In this document: positions 47,610 to 64,000 of the stretch, piece by piece | Layout: each line of letters begins with the position of its first letter | How positions within the stretch are numbered: the stretch's first letter is position 1 | Assembly (NCBI GenBank): GCA_946965045.2 | Contig: OX337239.1 | Coordinates: 1,922,001-1,986,000 of the forward strand | DNA: 64,000 bases | Direction: 5' to 3' | From: Epithemia pelagica | Taxonomy: Eukaryota; Protista; Bacillariophyta | Notes under the pieces: model-generated | Database searches by the model: none | Seen by the model: the letters and a program-made list of their open reading frames with translations, nothing else | What the model was told of the DNA's origin: nothing | Program-made: the position numbers and the translations under genes

Positions 47610-48716
47610 ATGATCCGATCCAGTCGTTCTCTCTTGGTGGCTACTAGTAGTTTGTTGTTGCCACTGGCGGTTCCAGGTTCGCTCCTGCTTCTTCTGCCCT
47701 GTGTGGTCGACGGCTTTTCCAGTCACCCATCCATTCACCACCATCACCCAACCAAACGAATACAATCGTGGTTTGTGTCCCAAACTCAAACGACGGCGTC
47801 GTTACCGTTGGGTGGTGGTGGTGGTGTGGTGCTCTTTAGTGAACCTTCCGACACGAGCAGTACCTGGGACGACGACCTGGATGAAATTGTCACTCTGGAG
47901 TCAGAAGACGAAGAAACAAGCAGTGACAGCCCACCAGCAGTCCATTCCTTAATGGACATGTTGCCAACCGATGCTACCGCGCAAGTCTCGGATGACGTTC
48001 GGGCGTCCATCAATGAAGCCTTGTATCGCTTGGAAAAATTGTCCCCCACTACTACTACGAGTGAATCATCGATTGCCATGTCACCCTTGATCAATGGCGT
48101 GTGGGAACTCAAGTATGTCGGTGGATCGTTTTCCGCTCAAGCCGCCGCGTCCAATCCTTCCTCGCTCTTGCCCAATACGACGGGAGCCGGAGGACTCTTG
48201 TTTGTCTTGAAATCCCTCCAAACATGGATTCTTTCTCGATTGCCGGGTGCGCCCTTTTTCTCCTCCTCGCCCTTGTTGGCGTCTCCGTCCTTGGTGGAAT
48301 GGGTGAATTTGGAAGTGGTCATTGGACGATCCCAACCTCGTGTCGAAGCCTCGGCCCAGTATCGGATTGCCGGAAACCAACAACTTTCGGGCACTGTCGC
48401 CATTGTCGCCCGCCTCGATGTCCTGTCGGACGTAAGATTGCGGGAAACCTATCAATCCATTGCTCTGACACCACCCTCCTTCTTCTTTTGGACAAACAAC
48501 AACAACAACAATGCACTCGGTGCGCCCGTCGACTTGCCCGACGTGTGGCAATACACGCGCGATTTGTACGTTACCTATGTCGATGAAGATTTGCTCATTG
48601 TCCGAGACTCGACGGGGGCACCAGAAGTACTGGTGCGCCAATCCAAAGTCTTTTCCCGAAATTGGGGAACGGAACCGTCGGATCAAGACGATTTGGTACC
48701 ACCGGGACAAGAATAA
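47610..48716 (+). CDS. Plastid lipid-associated protein (PAP/fibrillin family)
   Basis: Signal peptide ending VDG-F; LINGVWELKY, LRETY, YVTYVDEDLLIVRDSTG. Confidence 0.85.
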   Translation: MIRSSRSLLVATSSLLLPLAVPGSLLLLLPCVVDGFSSHPSIHHHHPTKRIQSWFVSQTQTTASLPLGGGGGVVLFSEPSDTSSTWDDDLDEIVTLESEDEETSSDSPPAVHSLMDMLPTDATAQVSDDVRASINEALYRLEKLSPTTTTSESSIAMSPLINGVWELKYVGGSFSAQAAASNPSSLLPNTTGAGGLLFVLKSLQTWILSRLPGAPFFSSSPLLASPSLVEWVNLEVVIGRSQPRVEASAQYRIAGNQQLSGTVAIVARLDVLSDVRLRETYQSIALTPPSFFFWTNNNNNNALGAPVDLPDVWQYTRDLYVTYVDEDLLIVRDSTGAPEVLVRQSKVFSRNWGTEPSDQDDLVPPGQE

Positions 48717-48987
48717 ATAAAACACAGTCAGTCGTCCCAGTCCGTCAATCCATCATCAGTTTGTACACCACCAAACGAGAAAAGGAGACCCATGAGTCAA
48801 AGTTGGAGTGAATACTTTCTCCTTGTTTGTCGTAGATAGAAAATGCCAGTTCATTCCGAAGTCTGAACATGGAAGTATTTTAGTCTTGATTTATTTGGTC
48901 CGTGACTGGATTTTCAAGGATATTATCCGCGACCCATCATTATTCGCCACCCACCACCACGGAAAGAACCGACAAAGATACGAGAAC

Positions 48988-51900
48988 ATGAAAGATGCCG
49001 ATCGACCTGTAGGACTAGGACAACGACCAGGAAAAGAAACAGGAAGGACTTTTCGGTCCATGGGGTGGTGTTCGGTAGGAGGGACGTTGTCGTCGTCCTT
49101 GGTCTCTTGTTTGGCATTTCTGAATGGAATTCATGCCTTTGCTCCAATGATGGATGGTCCATGGAGCACCACAATCTCCTCCTCCGATCGACCCCAGCAG
49201 TCACAGTCTCTTGGGGTTCGACCATTCCTACCACGCTCCTCCGATTCGTCGTTCTCGAGTTTGCGTGCAGCATCCAAAGCACCCCCGCACCAAGAAGAAC
49301 CACTACGGTCGCAGCCGTCTTGTTCGACGACAACACCTACTACTACGACGACGACGACACGAAGAAGAACCTGGAGACTCTATGGGATTGAAGTACACCC
49401 TGATGACTTGCAATGGGATCCCCATTCCGAACAACAACGCCGCCGCCGACAACGACCGCCAAACCAACCACCACCACACGACGAACCACCAACACCATCC
49501 AATCCCACTACTACCTCGTTCACTGGTACGCTGCAATCGGAATTGCATCCGTCAATTTTACAAGCCTTGTATCACAAATATCCCCGTTTGGGTGATACGG
49601 ATGCCACACAACCCAACGACAGCGGTTTGGGCATGGCACCACCACAGGAGGAATCTCAACCGAATCGCGACAAGGCTCGTTCGACAAACAACAACAAGAA
49701 GAAGAAGAAGAAGCCAACCAAACACAAGAAACAACAACAAAAATCCACTGCCGTTCTAACAGTTTCCTCCATTCGAGTGGTACGACGATCGCTGGATGCG
49801 CGACGACACAAGCCACGATACGATGGACGAGGCAAGGGACCCCGCTTTGTCTATGTGTTGGATGTCGACCTTGAGTCTGCCACAACAACAACAACAAACT
49901 CCACGACCAGGACCGTAACGTCCTGGGAACAACAAGAACAAGAACCACAACCAGATGAGTCCTTGTTTCTGGGACGCTGGAAACCACAACCAGGCAAACT
50001 GGAACTCCTTTCCTCCAATCCCATGTTGCACAACCAGCCATTGATAGTACAACAACAACCACAAAAAAACAAAGACGAACCGTTCTTGCATCTTCTCCAT
50101 AATGCTTCCTTCCCCAATACCAACGACAGTATTGTCAACAACGATAAGAATATCAGTACCCGGACGGTAATTATAGTCGGTGCCGGACCAGCTGGATTGT
50201 TTTGTGCCTTGGAATTGCTCCATCACAACCAACGTGTCTTGCAAACTACCAACAAAAGGAATAATTCCCAGGAGGACCATTCTTCGCCCAATGACAATCG
50301 TACTATCGTCTTGTTTCAACCCATTGTTCTGGAACGAGGCCAACCGGTGGAACGACGGGGCAAAGACATTGGTGCCATTATGGCACAACGGTATGGACGA
50401 GCGGCAGCCTCCAAGCAAGGGGGCCACACCAGCAACCCGGATCATGCACAAAAAGAAAAAGAAGAAGAAGGCTTCGTGGTATTGAATCCGGATTCTAATT
50501 TTTGTTTTGGAGAAGGTGGTGCGGGCACTTGGAGTGATGGAAAATTAACCACTCGGATTGGACGCAATTCCGACTTGGTCCGACGCGTCTTGCAAACCTT
50601 GGTCCAGTATGGGGCACCATCCATAATCTTGACGGAAGGCGCTCCCCATTTGGGAACCGACAATTTGGTTCACTTGTTGCGAACCTTGCGAAAGTCAATT
50701 GAAACACAGGGTGGACAAGTTTGGTTTGGTCATCAAATGACCAAACTTTTGTTTGCAACGGACGAGGAAACGAACCAGCCAAAAGTCATTGGCGTGGAGT
50801 ATAAGCGCACACAACCACCACCATTGAAAAATCGGATGAAACGTGATACGACGGACGAGAACAAGGTCCAGAAAGACTCGGTCACAAACAATGAGGGTAT
50901 TTTGTATGGAGACGCTATTGTCTTGGCCACGGGTCATTCGGCACGCGATGTCTATCAACTTTTGGCCTCCTCACCGGAAACACCCGTCCCCTTGGAAGCC
51001 AAGGGATTTGCCATGGGCTTTCGCATTGAACATCCCCAAGCCATTATTAATCAACTGCAGTACGGACCCGAATGGGGATTGTCGGTACGGACCGGAAAGA
51101 CTACGACCGACAAGCTCAATCAAGAGCACTTTGAGGCCCTGCCATGGAATACTAAAAACGCGACTAGTGATCAGGACAACCAAAGTACGACATCGCAGCC
51201 ACAGCCACACGAACGACTCCCTGTTCCGTCCTATCGATTGGCGACGGACCAGGCATGGGATGGCAGTCGTCGTCGGGGTGTCTACTCCTTTTGTATGGTA
51301 CGTGACCAAACCACTCGACCAAAAACCCATGGCATTCTTTGGCATGTTCTCATTCTTTAAATCTATTCTTCAAAGTGTCCGGGTGGTCAAATTGTGCCCT
51401 CCTCAACCGATCCAACCGAGCTCTGCGTTAATGGAATGAGTTTTAGTCGTCGTGATTCTCCCTGGGCCAACAGTGCCTTGGTCGTAACGATTGCACCAGA
51501 CGATCCGCTTTTGATACCCTATCAAAAAACACATGGTGTCATGGCCGGTATTGCCTTTCAACAAGATATGGAACGTCGTGCCGCACTCATGGGAACACGC
51601 GTCCACACAACAACCAACAGCAGGGACCGCCATGACGAGGAGGATTTGGATGGCGGCGCCACGGATCCTGCTGTCCGTCGGAGGGGTTGGTTGACTGTGC
51701 CTGTCCAACGTGTCACTGACTTTTTGGAGGGACGCATTTCCGAAACTATCCCCTCTTCGTCGTATCGACTGGGTGTTCAATCCGCTCCGTGTCATGAACT
51801 GTATCCACCGGCCTTAACAACCGCGTTGCGGCATGCCCTCGTCGACTATTTCAATCACACCTTGCCTGGTTTTGTCTGTGACGAGGCCTTGTTGCATGGT

Positions 51901-52152
51901 GTCGAGACCCGAACATCCAGTCCGGTACGGATCGCACGAGATGCCGACACCTTGCAAGCGGTGGATATGCAAGGCTTGTTCCCTGCCGGAGAAGGTGCTG
52001 GATTTGCCGGGGGAATTGTATCAGCGGCGGTGGATGGGCTTTTGGTCGCACGTGCCATTGTGGAGGGCCAACAACCTGCCAGCAGCGACAGGAAGAAAAA
52101 CGAAGAGGACCGTTCCAGGAAACACAAACGTCCCAACGACTTTTACTACTAA
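48988..52152 (+). CDS. FAD-dependent oxidoreductase (uncharacterised FAD-dependent dehydrogenase family); intron 51298-51375; start approximate
   Basis: IIVGAGPAGL, FGEGGAGTWSDGKL, PHLGTD, LATGHSARD, GFRIEHPQ, YSFCM|CPGG, NGMS, ETRTSSPVRI, GEGAGFAGGIVSAAVDG. Confidence 0.9.
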
Positions 52153-52249
52153 CAAGAACAGAAAAGTTTCCTTGTGGATATGAAATAAGGTCCAGTGTTC
52201 ATTTGTTCCTGTTCTCGGCACCACCAGTGGATGCGCTTGTTCTGTTTCT

Positions 52250-55200
52250 TCAAATTTTCTGCTGCTGATTGGCCCAAAACTTGTCCCAGTCTTTGACGGT
52301 CCAAGGAAATCCCATGCGGGCATTCGGTTTGATCAAGGGACCCTCGCGTCCCCATGTCCCTGTCACGGGGTCCTTACGACAGGACATGTAGTAGTTGTTC
52401 GTATTATAGGGATTACCCGTACTTGACGTGACACCATGGAACAGGGACCTCGCAATGATTCGAAAGTCCAGCGTCACGCGAGTCTCGTCGGTTTGGTTGT
52501 CAATCGTCCAATGAAGACACAAGCCTCCCGCAAAGCGCTTCATTGTTCCTGTGTTGAAGTAAACAAAGACACATGGTTTAGAAAGCAAAGGACTCTTTCG
52601 AATTGCCTTTGACTGCTGCGATTACCATTTCTGCTATCGATTCATCGCAATCCGACACTTTGTGACGTACCGTACCCTCCCAGAATGGGGTGCCAATCTT
52701 CACTCCCAGGTCGGCTTTCAAGAAAAACGGTCGAAGTATTCTGGTCTGCCGCAATGGTTGTCAACGGGACATAGAAATTGACACAACAAGGGTGATGACC
52801 ATAGGCAATATCACTGTGCGGCCCTATACTAAACTCTTTTGGTTGTATCACGCGCAGACAGGGAAAGGCTTGATAATAAAACACCGTTTCTTGTTCTTCT
52901 TCTTCTTGATCCTTGTCGTCCCGACCACCGTCCTGGACGACATGTGGAATACAAACAGTTCTCACAAATTCATCATACACATGCTGAAACGACTCGTAGT
53001 TTTGTGTAAGATTGTAGAGCAATTGGTCTTTGGAGATCCCATGGTGGTTGCCAGTCTTGTCGGTGGAGGGTACCTTGTGCAGTTGTGACAAGTCAAAGTC
53101 GGGCAAAAGGCCGACACTGGAGAGAAAGGATGTTCGCAAATCCATTGGGCTAGTGTTTGTGTTGCTAGTAGTCACCGGTGGGAGGTGTTTGCAACAAAAA
53201 TCTCGTTCTTGCGCCAAGGCACTGGCCAAAAAGAGATCCACCACACTGTTGTTCGTCGCAAAGAACATGGTTGTCATGGAATGACTGTTTGTTGGAGATC
53301 CAGACTCTTTGTTGGATAAAATGTTTGTCAATGCCTCGCGTCGATTCTTTCGAGCCTTTTCCAAATGAGGTTCCAGGACCATTCGCAATGGCAAGGAAAA
53401 GGGTTGAACGGGGATAAAGGTGGCATGATGGGTCGCATGAGCCATGGCCGTACCCAACCATTCCTTGTTGGTAGTCGATGAGGATGAGGACGTCCCCTTT
53501 GTTTTCGTTTTCATATCGTGCATGGATGGTTGTTCCTCTTGTGGCTCGTTACTGGAATTGGATGTTGGAGCCGCTAACATGTCATCCTTTGCGTCGTTCT
53601 GGAATTGTGTATTGTGAGGAAGGTTGGATATCGGTTCGTTTGAAGAAGCCATTTTCGTTTGGTTGTTATCGTTCAGTTTGTCAACAGTTTGTGGTTCTGG
53701 TTGCTGCTCTTGGTCAAGTTGTTCTTCTTGTTGGACCTCTTGTTGCTCTTGTTGGAGTCGTTGGTGTTCCAGTTGGTAAATCCGGGCCAGTCGGTCCGTG
53801 GTACTGACATGAGGATAGTAGTCAATGCGTTGAAACTGATTTCGTCGAATGGGTTGCGCAAAAAAGGTGGCTTGTTGAGCGGCATCCTGATCGCTGGCAA
53901 AGCCATGCACCACCAAATCAATGCCCTGTTGGTTCATAAAGTCGGACGTGACGACCAGCGGACAGGGACAAATCACGGCATGGACCAGGTCGAGTGCGGC
54001 GACAATGGCACTTCGTTCGTCTTGTGGGACAATGGGTGGTCGTTTGTACCCCGCCGCATCGGCATCGCCCGTCACACCAATAATAACAACCGTGCCCAAG
54101 GCGGAACATTGTTGAATGGCCTTTAAATGACCCAAATGAAACAAATCAAAGACACCGTCCATATAGACGGTCCGATGAGGACGATCGGGAACTCTTGTAG
54201 TTGTCGTTGTTGCACGTGTTGTTGCCGAAGGTTGGAGTGGATGGGAATCCGTGGAATGGACCGTAGTATTCGTGCTGTGTCTGTTGGAATTCAGTGAATT
54301 GGATGAGTGGTTGGGGCGATTGGTAGGCTTGCCCTGCTCTTCCTTCTGGTTGCTGTTCTTGCTGTGATTGGTTTGGTGGTTGGTACTGCAGCCAGACGCA
54401 ATCACCGATCCCCAACTGTTTCCGACACATTCTTTCGGAGAGGAAACGTGTGGTTCTCGGCTGGATGGTGATGCAGCAGCAGAAGTTGGTTCATAGTCTT
54501 GATCTTGATCGTGTTGTAATTGTGCGTGGTGTTGTTGGAGTATGGTGGCTTCCCGTAGCATTTGCTCCGACAAGTATTGCACGAGTTGGTGTCGATTAAA
54601 GTTGGTAAATCGTCGTGCCTGCCGTCGAGTGGGTTGCAGGGGTATATACTGAAACTCTTCAAGGGGTACCTTGACTCCACCCTCCCAGGTACCGGCGGTC
54701 AAGACATGAGGCGGCAAGGGATGGTGTTTGGTGGTGCTCTTGTCAGAATGGGTGGCATTGACAGGCGTTTGTGGTTGGGAAATGGCCGGCAGCAGTCCTT
54801 TGTTTTGGTGTTGTTGTGGTTGTTGGTTTGCTGATTGTTGCTGCTGTTGTGGTTGTTGATGACTGACGACCGTGGTATAATACACGTCAAAACAATCGGT
54901 TCCAAAGGCTCGATGCAACAAGCGGACCGGCATGGCCGGGCCAGGGATTTGGGTGAGAGGTCCCAATTTCAAATCCAGTGCCAGAGGAAACAATTCGTAG
55001 GGTCGATAAATTTCCTTGGGCCACAATTCCATGGCCTTGCGCGTCGAAAAATGCCAAACAGGAAACAACCGTTGTGACGATCTGGTGGTGGTGGTTGTTG
55101 CATGGGGAGACACTGGTTGGTCCGAGACTGGTCGATTGTCGTCATTGTCGTCGTCCTCCTCTTGTTGCTGGTTTGGTTCTCCGAGGAGCGCTCGGGTCAT

Positions 55201-56064
55201 GGTTTGCACCAAGGACTCCACATACGGTTCTGATTGCGGCTGTCCATTGGTTTTGGTGGCCAACACTTCTCCGAGGAGCGCTCGGGTCATGGTTTGCACC
55301 AAGGACTCCACATATGTGTCTGATTGCGGCTGTCCATTGGTTTTGGTGGCCAACACCTGCCGTACATGGTCCCAACCGGTATAGGGTTGAATCACAAACA
55401 AGTCGCAAAAGACGGTATTCACGTGTCGCGGTCGAATCCGATCGCCACCTGGCCATGGTTTGATTTGATACTGATACCGGTCGGGACCCTGTTGCTCATT
55501 CAACACGGCTTGCAAGTGTTGTTGGACGCGGGTATAATAAGAAACGAAGGAGGAAGCATCCGCCTCGTCTTGTTCTTGTTGTTGTGGTGGTCGAGTTTCG
55601 ACAATGGCGAGATCGACATCGTCATCGCAAAACAAAATGGAATGTTGACGAATGGCACCCAACAAGGTCCCTCCCGTGACAATCCACGGAACGTGAAGGG
55701 TCGTCAAGGCTTGTTGGACAGCAGCCACTGTTTCATACAAGGCATCCACTTCGGTTCGACTCAACAAGAGCGGATCCGGACCCATGGACGGTGGGCGACG
55801 TGGACGACGTGGACGACGAGAATGAGAATTGTTGTCGTTCCGGGTGGTTGTTGTCGTCGTTGGGGGGTTTGGTGATATTTCACTTGCATCATCATCCTTT
55901 GATTGGATTGGACAATCCTTCTTCTCTTGATGTTGTTTCTTGTCGTCTGTGGATGCTGATGCAATGGATGGAGGATTCATTTTGTACATGCCATGATAGA
56001 AACCACAAGAACAGGGAGGGATGCCGATGGGGAAGAAAAGATTCAGTCGCACAACATTTGGCAT
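52250..56064 (-). CDS. Fusion protein: LicD-family phosphotransferase + choline/ethanolamine-phosphate cytidylyltransferase-like + StrG-like Fe(II) oxygenase domain (intron 52549-52670); start approximate
   Basis: GGTLLGAIR...DDDVD; YMDGVFDLFHLGHL...STT; PHSDIAYGH...VNFYVPLT...LHWT...TRVTLDFR. Confidence 0.85.
55177..55356 (-). repeat. 90-bp in-frame tandem duplication (30 aa) inside the LicD domain
   Basis: VLATKTNGQPQSDTYVESLVQTMTRALLGE / VLATKTNGQPQSEPYVESLVQTMTRALLGE; 3 nt differences. Confidence 0.95.
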
Positions 56065-56500
56065 CGTGGCACTGCGGATGGAGTCTAAAATGGTTCGTAT
56101 CACCGACGGAAGACATGGGATCTTCCACGTGGAAAGGTATGGCACTGAAGATGGAGGATGGAATGGATCATGGACTTTTTTCAAGGACGAGCACACCGAC
56201 GCACAGACGACGCATTCGTGTCGGTGCGTGTCATCAGAGCAGATGGGGCACCTCTCCTTCTTTCTGCTTCTTTTTTTCGTGTGTCATCTCATCTGGATTC
56301 GTCGGCTCTGACCCAAAACACAACAACACGAGGAAAGGCGCAAGCGCAAGAGTAGATTGAATCGAGGAGAGGACAAGACTTGAGGCGAACGAGACTCTGG
56401 ACGACTCCCACCAAACGCAAGAGGCTTGTGTTCGCGAGTGACGGTGGTGTTCTTTGGAAGTGGACAATCTCGACAACACATTCCAAAATCGATTGATTGA

Positions 56501-59644
<3,144 letters not shown>

Positions 59645-59964
59645 ACACTCCATACACAAAACTGCAAAATTGCACACTCTTGCCCCCTCTATAAACCTAC
59701 ATACTCAAGGCTACTATGTATCCTGCGGACTTGGATTGTTACAGGTCTCTTTTTTAAATATAAAACAAAAAGTTGTGATTTTACTCATTGGTAATTGCAA
59801 CAAGGACGTCCGCAGTCCACGTCGCAACAAGGAGATCAGGCAAAGGAGCGCCATTCCGTAATCCTATGGCGTTCGCCTCAAACAGACAGTTTGTTGTCCG
59901 TTACACGGGAGAAGGAACCTTTTGAGGCGGGTGGTTGGAGAAAGACCACTCTCAACAATTGGTT

Positions 59965-62900
59965 TCACGAAAGTCGTCGACGACGGGTGCGTCGAGACCG
60001 TTGTTTGTCGAGTTGCTTGGCGCTGCTGGGGTCCCAGACATGAGCACGGCGCTTGCGCAGAAGCAAGAACTCGGCAACCACAAGGAAAAGGTAGATGCAG
60101 GTCAACACGTTCAATGCCACCCGAGCATTGGCAAACGGCCAAAATTCTGCTTGGGCGGACAAAAAATTTCCGTCGTACACCACAGAGGTGGCAAAACTCA
60201 GACAAGGAGTTTCCCCAATGTTTTTATTGTGTTCAAACTGATTGGTGAGAACTCCCGAGAATGCCCAGAATGTAAAGGACAAGCCAAACAGCCACCGAGC
60301 GCCCGGTGGAGCTTGGCTTGGGTTGCCCAAGAGACCACCAAAGCAAACATTCAGAAAAATGCAAAGAAGGTAGACCTTGAAAAACTCGTGCTTTCCTTTG
60401 AAAATCAGGCTAAGACATCGGCCAAATGATATGATAACCAGTAGGAACACGCATCCGAACAAAAACTGATTCGGAAACGAAGCCCAGTCCCACCCCAAGA
60501 TAGCGTACGATAGAATCAGAGAGAGACCGGTTGAAATACATGGAATGGAAAGTGAGGAGGCGAGGGTGGCAATCTGGTAGGACAACAAGAAGATGCGGCG
60601 ATCATCGATTTCCCACCGGTGAGCTAACCACATTTGAGTCCCCAGCAACACGTGGTGTTGAAAAATGATAATGGGGACGAAAAATAAAAATAGGCTTCCA
60701 ATGAAAACGGTGGTACGAGAGCTGGGATCAAAACTCAAAACAAACGACATGATACAGAAACAAATGGGCAAGACGAACAAATCAGACAAGTTCCATCCAT
60801 ATTCGAGGCAAAGTCGCCTTCCCAGAGGAACGACTTGGTCCAGCGGGTGTCGATTTTCCCTTGTCGGTCTCATGCGTCCACAGGACGTGTTTACACCCAT
60901 TATCGACACATCTTCTTCACGGAACAGCATCAGATTCAGTTCCATTGATTTGGAAATTGATCCATGTTTTACAATCTTGTGCATGAAATCGGAAAGGCGT
61001 TCGTGGTTGTCTTGCATAGTCAATGCATTGTTCACAATATCCCGTTTCTCGTTGAACATTACTTTGCCTCGCATCATTACTACTAGTTGGTGAATGTAAT
61101 GCAAAACGTCGTCCGAGGGTTGGTGAAGGGTCATCAAGATAGTTCGGTCTTGTTTCTCCGCCACTGTGCATAGTAACTCCATAAGGCATTCACCAGCAAC
61201 ACTATCCAATCCCGAAAGAGGCTATCGACAAACACAAAACAAAACATGAAAAATCAATGTAACGAACATGGTTCGATGGAAAAATATGCTGCCGTTCATG
61301 GTCACGTACCTCATCAAGTAACAAAACCGATGGATCAGTCAACAATGCCGCGGCCACGGCCAAGACTCTTCGTTGACCACCACTGCACATGTTAATTTTG
61401 ACACTTTCAAACACCTGCATCTCTGAGCCACTAGGATGTTCTCTTGCTTCTCCATCACGAAAGTCTGTATCATCTTCGGGAATTCCTTCCATAATTACGG
61501 GTGTAGTCCTCGACATGAGATCCCCGTCTGAATGCGATTGATTCGACAGCGCTGAAAGATTTGATATCTGTCTGCCTTGGGCTTGAAGGTCTTCCGTTTT
61601 CACTTTCAGGATAGAACGTACAGGCATCGCTGAAATTTCCGCTGTATTGCTGCTATTCATGGGGTCAGCTTCTTTTGCTTCTGTTTGTATTAGTGATAGC
61701 TTTTCTGATGAAGAAACGTCCAACCTGGTCCCCTGTTCTTCATTTGATATGGAAACGGAGGTAGCCTTCATCGGAAAACTGTCGTCGACGTTATCAGTCA
61801 TGCTCCGGAGAGTGTCGTCCGGAGCGTTAAGGATATCGCCCCTTATAAACATTTCTGAGGAAACGGATTCGTCCGGGGGCAAAAGAAACCATGACGAATC
61901 TTCTGAGACTTTCTTGTCACTGTTTGTAGCTCCAACCGATAACGTCATCTTTCGTTTGTCCTCTTCCGGGCTGTCAACCGGCTGCGTTTCGTCCTTAATT
62001 TCTTTTGTGTGACCTTCGATCGGCAGTTCTCTTCCCTCCGACATCTCCAATTCTTTGTTACCATTCTCTCCCCCTTGTTCTATAGCTTCTGCTTCGAAAC
62101 TGTGCTCGGTTATGAACACAATTTCTTCTTCAAGTTTGTTGGCGACGAGGTCCGTCCTATCAAGTTCTTTCCAATGGTCGTGTTCGCTTTCTCCAGAGGC
62201 AAACGTTTGTCTTATATCGTCGCCATTGGCGAAATAAATTTGCCCAGCGTAGTCACTGCGCCACAGTTGATCCATCGCTTGTCTATCTTCTTCTCCCAAA
62301 ACGCTCCTTTCCACTTTATTTCCTTCTGTGCGGTCACTGTGCCAAAGTCGATCCATCGTGGGTCGTTCAACTCCTTCTGTATCATGCGTTCGTATTGAAG
62401 TTCCGCTTGTGTCTGCAAGCGCCGACCTACTCATGTTGTCACTGTGAGGTTTGATCACGATGTCCTCTCCATAATGTTCTTCTTGTTCTTGCACTTCATT
62501 CATTTCTGATTTATCGTCGCTTTCGTCTCTCATGACAGACCCTCCCACCTCCGCATGCGGATAGCTGAAAGGATCATATTCTCCAAGTTCTATGTCCGTA
62601 TGTTGATCATGATAACTTTGAATCGTTCCACCTCTTTCCTCTTCATCGATGTCTTTCATAAAGAACCCATGTTCCTCTTCACTCTGGTTTTTGATTGGGG
62701 TGCTCAGAATGCTTTCCCTAAGATGTCTTTCAATCTCTTCTGATTGATCATTGTCTATGTCTTGCCCAGCGAGTTCTGTATTCTCGAAATTCTGATCGTT
62801 GCAAAGGTCACTCCCGCCCAGTTCCATATCTTCTTTTGAGTTTAGACTAGTTCCATTCGCTTGATGATTTTCCTCCTCATCGTTTCTTTCTCTTGCGTTT

Positions 62901-64000
62901 TCTCTGCTCACCTCACTGTGGTCACTTCTGCTTTCTACATCCTGGATTGGGTCATTTTCCGGTTGGATTTGGTCATAGTGTGAGGGACTGGTGATTGATG
63001 CTGGAATTTGATCTGCGGTTGCCTTTGAAAAAGTCGTGCTAAAACCATCATCTTTCCGGATTACAACTGCCGGGCTTTCTGGGGCTTGCGGGTTATCGTT
63101 TGTCACAGCATCGATGCGTTTTGATGCGTCAATTTCATGGTCGTCTGAAATACCCTGCTGGTGAACTCCTCCGATACAAGGCGATTTCCCCATTTCTTCA
63201 TCATGTGGCTCATTATTTCCAAGGGGATGTTGATTGTAGTTTGATTCAAAATGCTCATCATTCATTGAAGTGACAGAGTCTGTCTCCGTCTCCTCCATAT
63301 CCATATGGTTTATTCGATACTCTTTATCATCCATGTCGTCTTTACAATCCTCCGTAACATCCCCCGAAACCCCGTTGACGTCGTAAGTTCCTCCTCCTTC
63401 CGCTGTTCGATGTTGCGGTGGTCGCGGCCGTGGATTCGGTATACGATCAAACACTCGTCCAGTTCGTGGTCGGTCCTTGTGATGGGTACTGGAAGCGACA
63501 CTGCATCCATCCGTTTCCGTCGTCATGTCGTCGTCAGTATCCGTTCCCGACTTGGCGGAGCTGCGGGACGGAAAAAATGGCACAACAAACCGTCGAACTT
63601 GGTCCAATTGATCGGGGTCGGCGCCATACAACATGGCACAGGACTGCAAATACAAGGCCGGAGTCAAGTTTCCCATGGCGACCATGTCGTGTTGCCGTAA
63701 GTAAGTTGTGCCTTCAATATTGATTCGAATATCACTGATTGGGTCTATCTCCACACCCGGACGCATCTGGCCACTAATTGCGCCAAGCTAGAGGTTCAAG
63801 TGAGCAAAAAGTTATATATTCGTCAGTCCAGCAGCAGGAAAAATCAAAGACACCAATTTCTCAAATCGGTTCTTTCTATATGTTGAAATACCACGTACCA
63901 AGGTAGACTTTCCCGTTCCGGATCGTCCCATCAAGCCATTGACGGTTCCTGGTTTCAGATGCAAATTCACCTGATCCAATAATACCTGCCCAGTAGCGGT
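59965..64000 (-). CDS. ABCG (White-type) half transporter, 5' end beyond the window (exons >64000-63899, 63787-61310, 61221-59965)
   Basis: Walker A GRSGTGKST, signature CSGGQRR, Walker B VLLLDE|PLSGLDS, H-loop TLHQPS, then about 6 TM helices. Confidence 0.88.

Overview
Eukaryotic nuclear DNA, most likely from a (raphid pennate) diatom. Evidence: short GT-AG introns, bipartite plastid-targeting presequences and diatom-type gene families. The window opens with the 3' half of a tyrosine-recombinase (Ngaro/DIRS-like) retrotransposon with split direct repeats. About 20 protein genes follow: LeuRS, proteasome beta-1, adenosine kinase, an MFS transporter, RRP43, an alpha/beta hydrolase, DeSI-PUL, fibrillin, an FAD oxidoreductase, an m-AAA protease, an ABCG transporter and several hypotheticals, plus one tRNA-Ser(CGA). 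Most notable: (1) a 2,195-bp element with long imperfect TIRs and a perfect 10-bp target-site duplication that carries convergent gene fragments and no transposase (Pack-MULE-like); (2) a plastid-targeted PYCO1-like Rubisco-linker candidate with three tandem KWSP + QWAAMN sticker units; (3) a three-domain LicD + cytidylyltransferase + StrG-like oxygenase fusion; (4) a 1,765-bp tandem duplication that breaks inside the tRNA; (5) an ABCG with about 720 acidic residues inserted inside its NBD; (6) a recurrent intergenic octamer TAGGAGTA. All family assignments come from motif recognition by eye; no searches were run.
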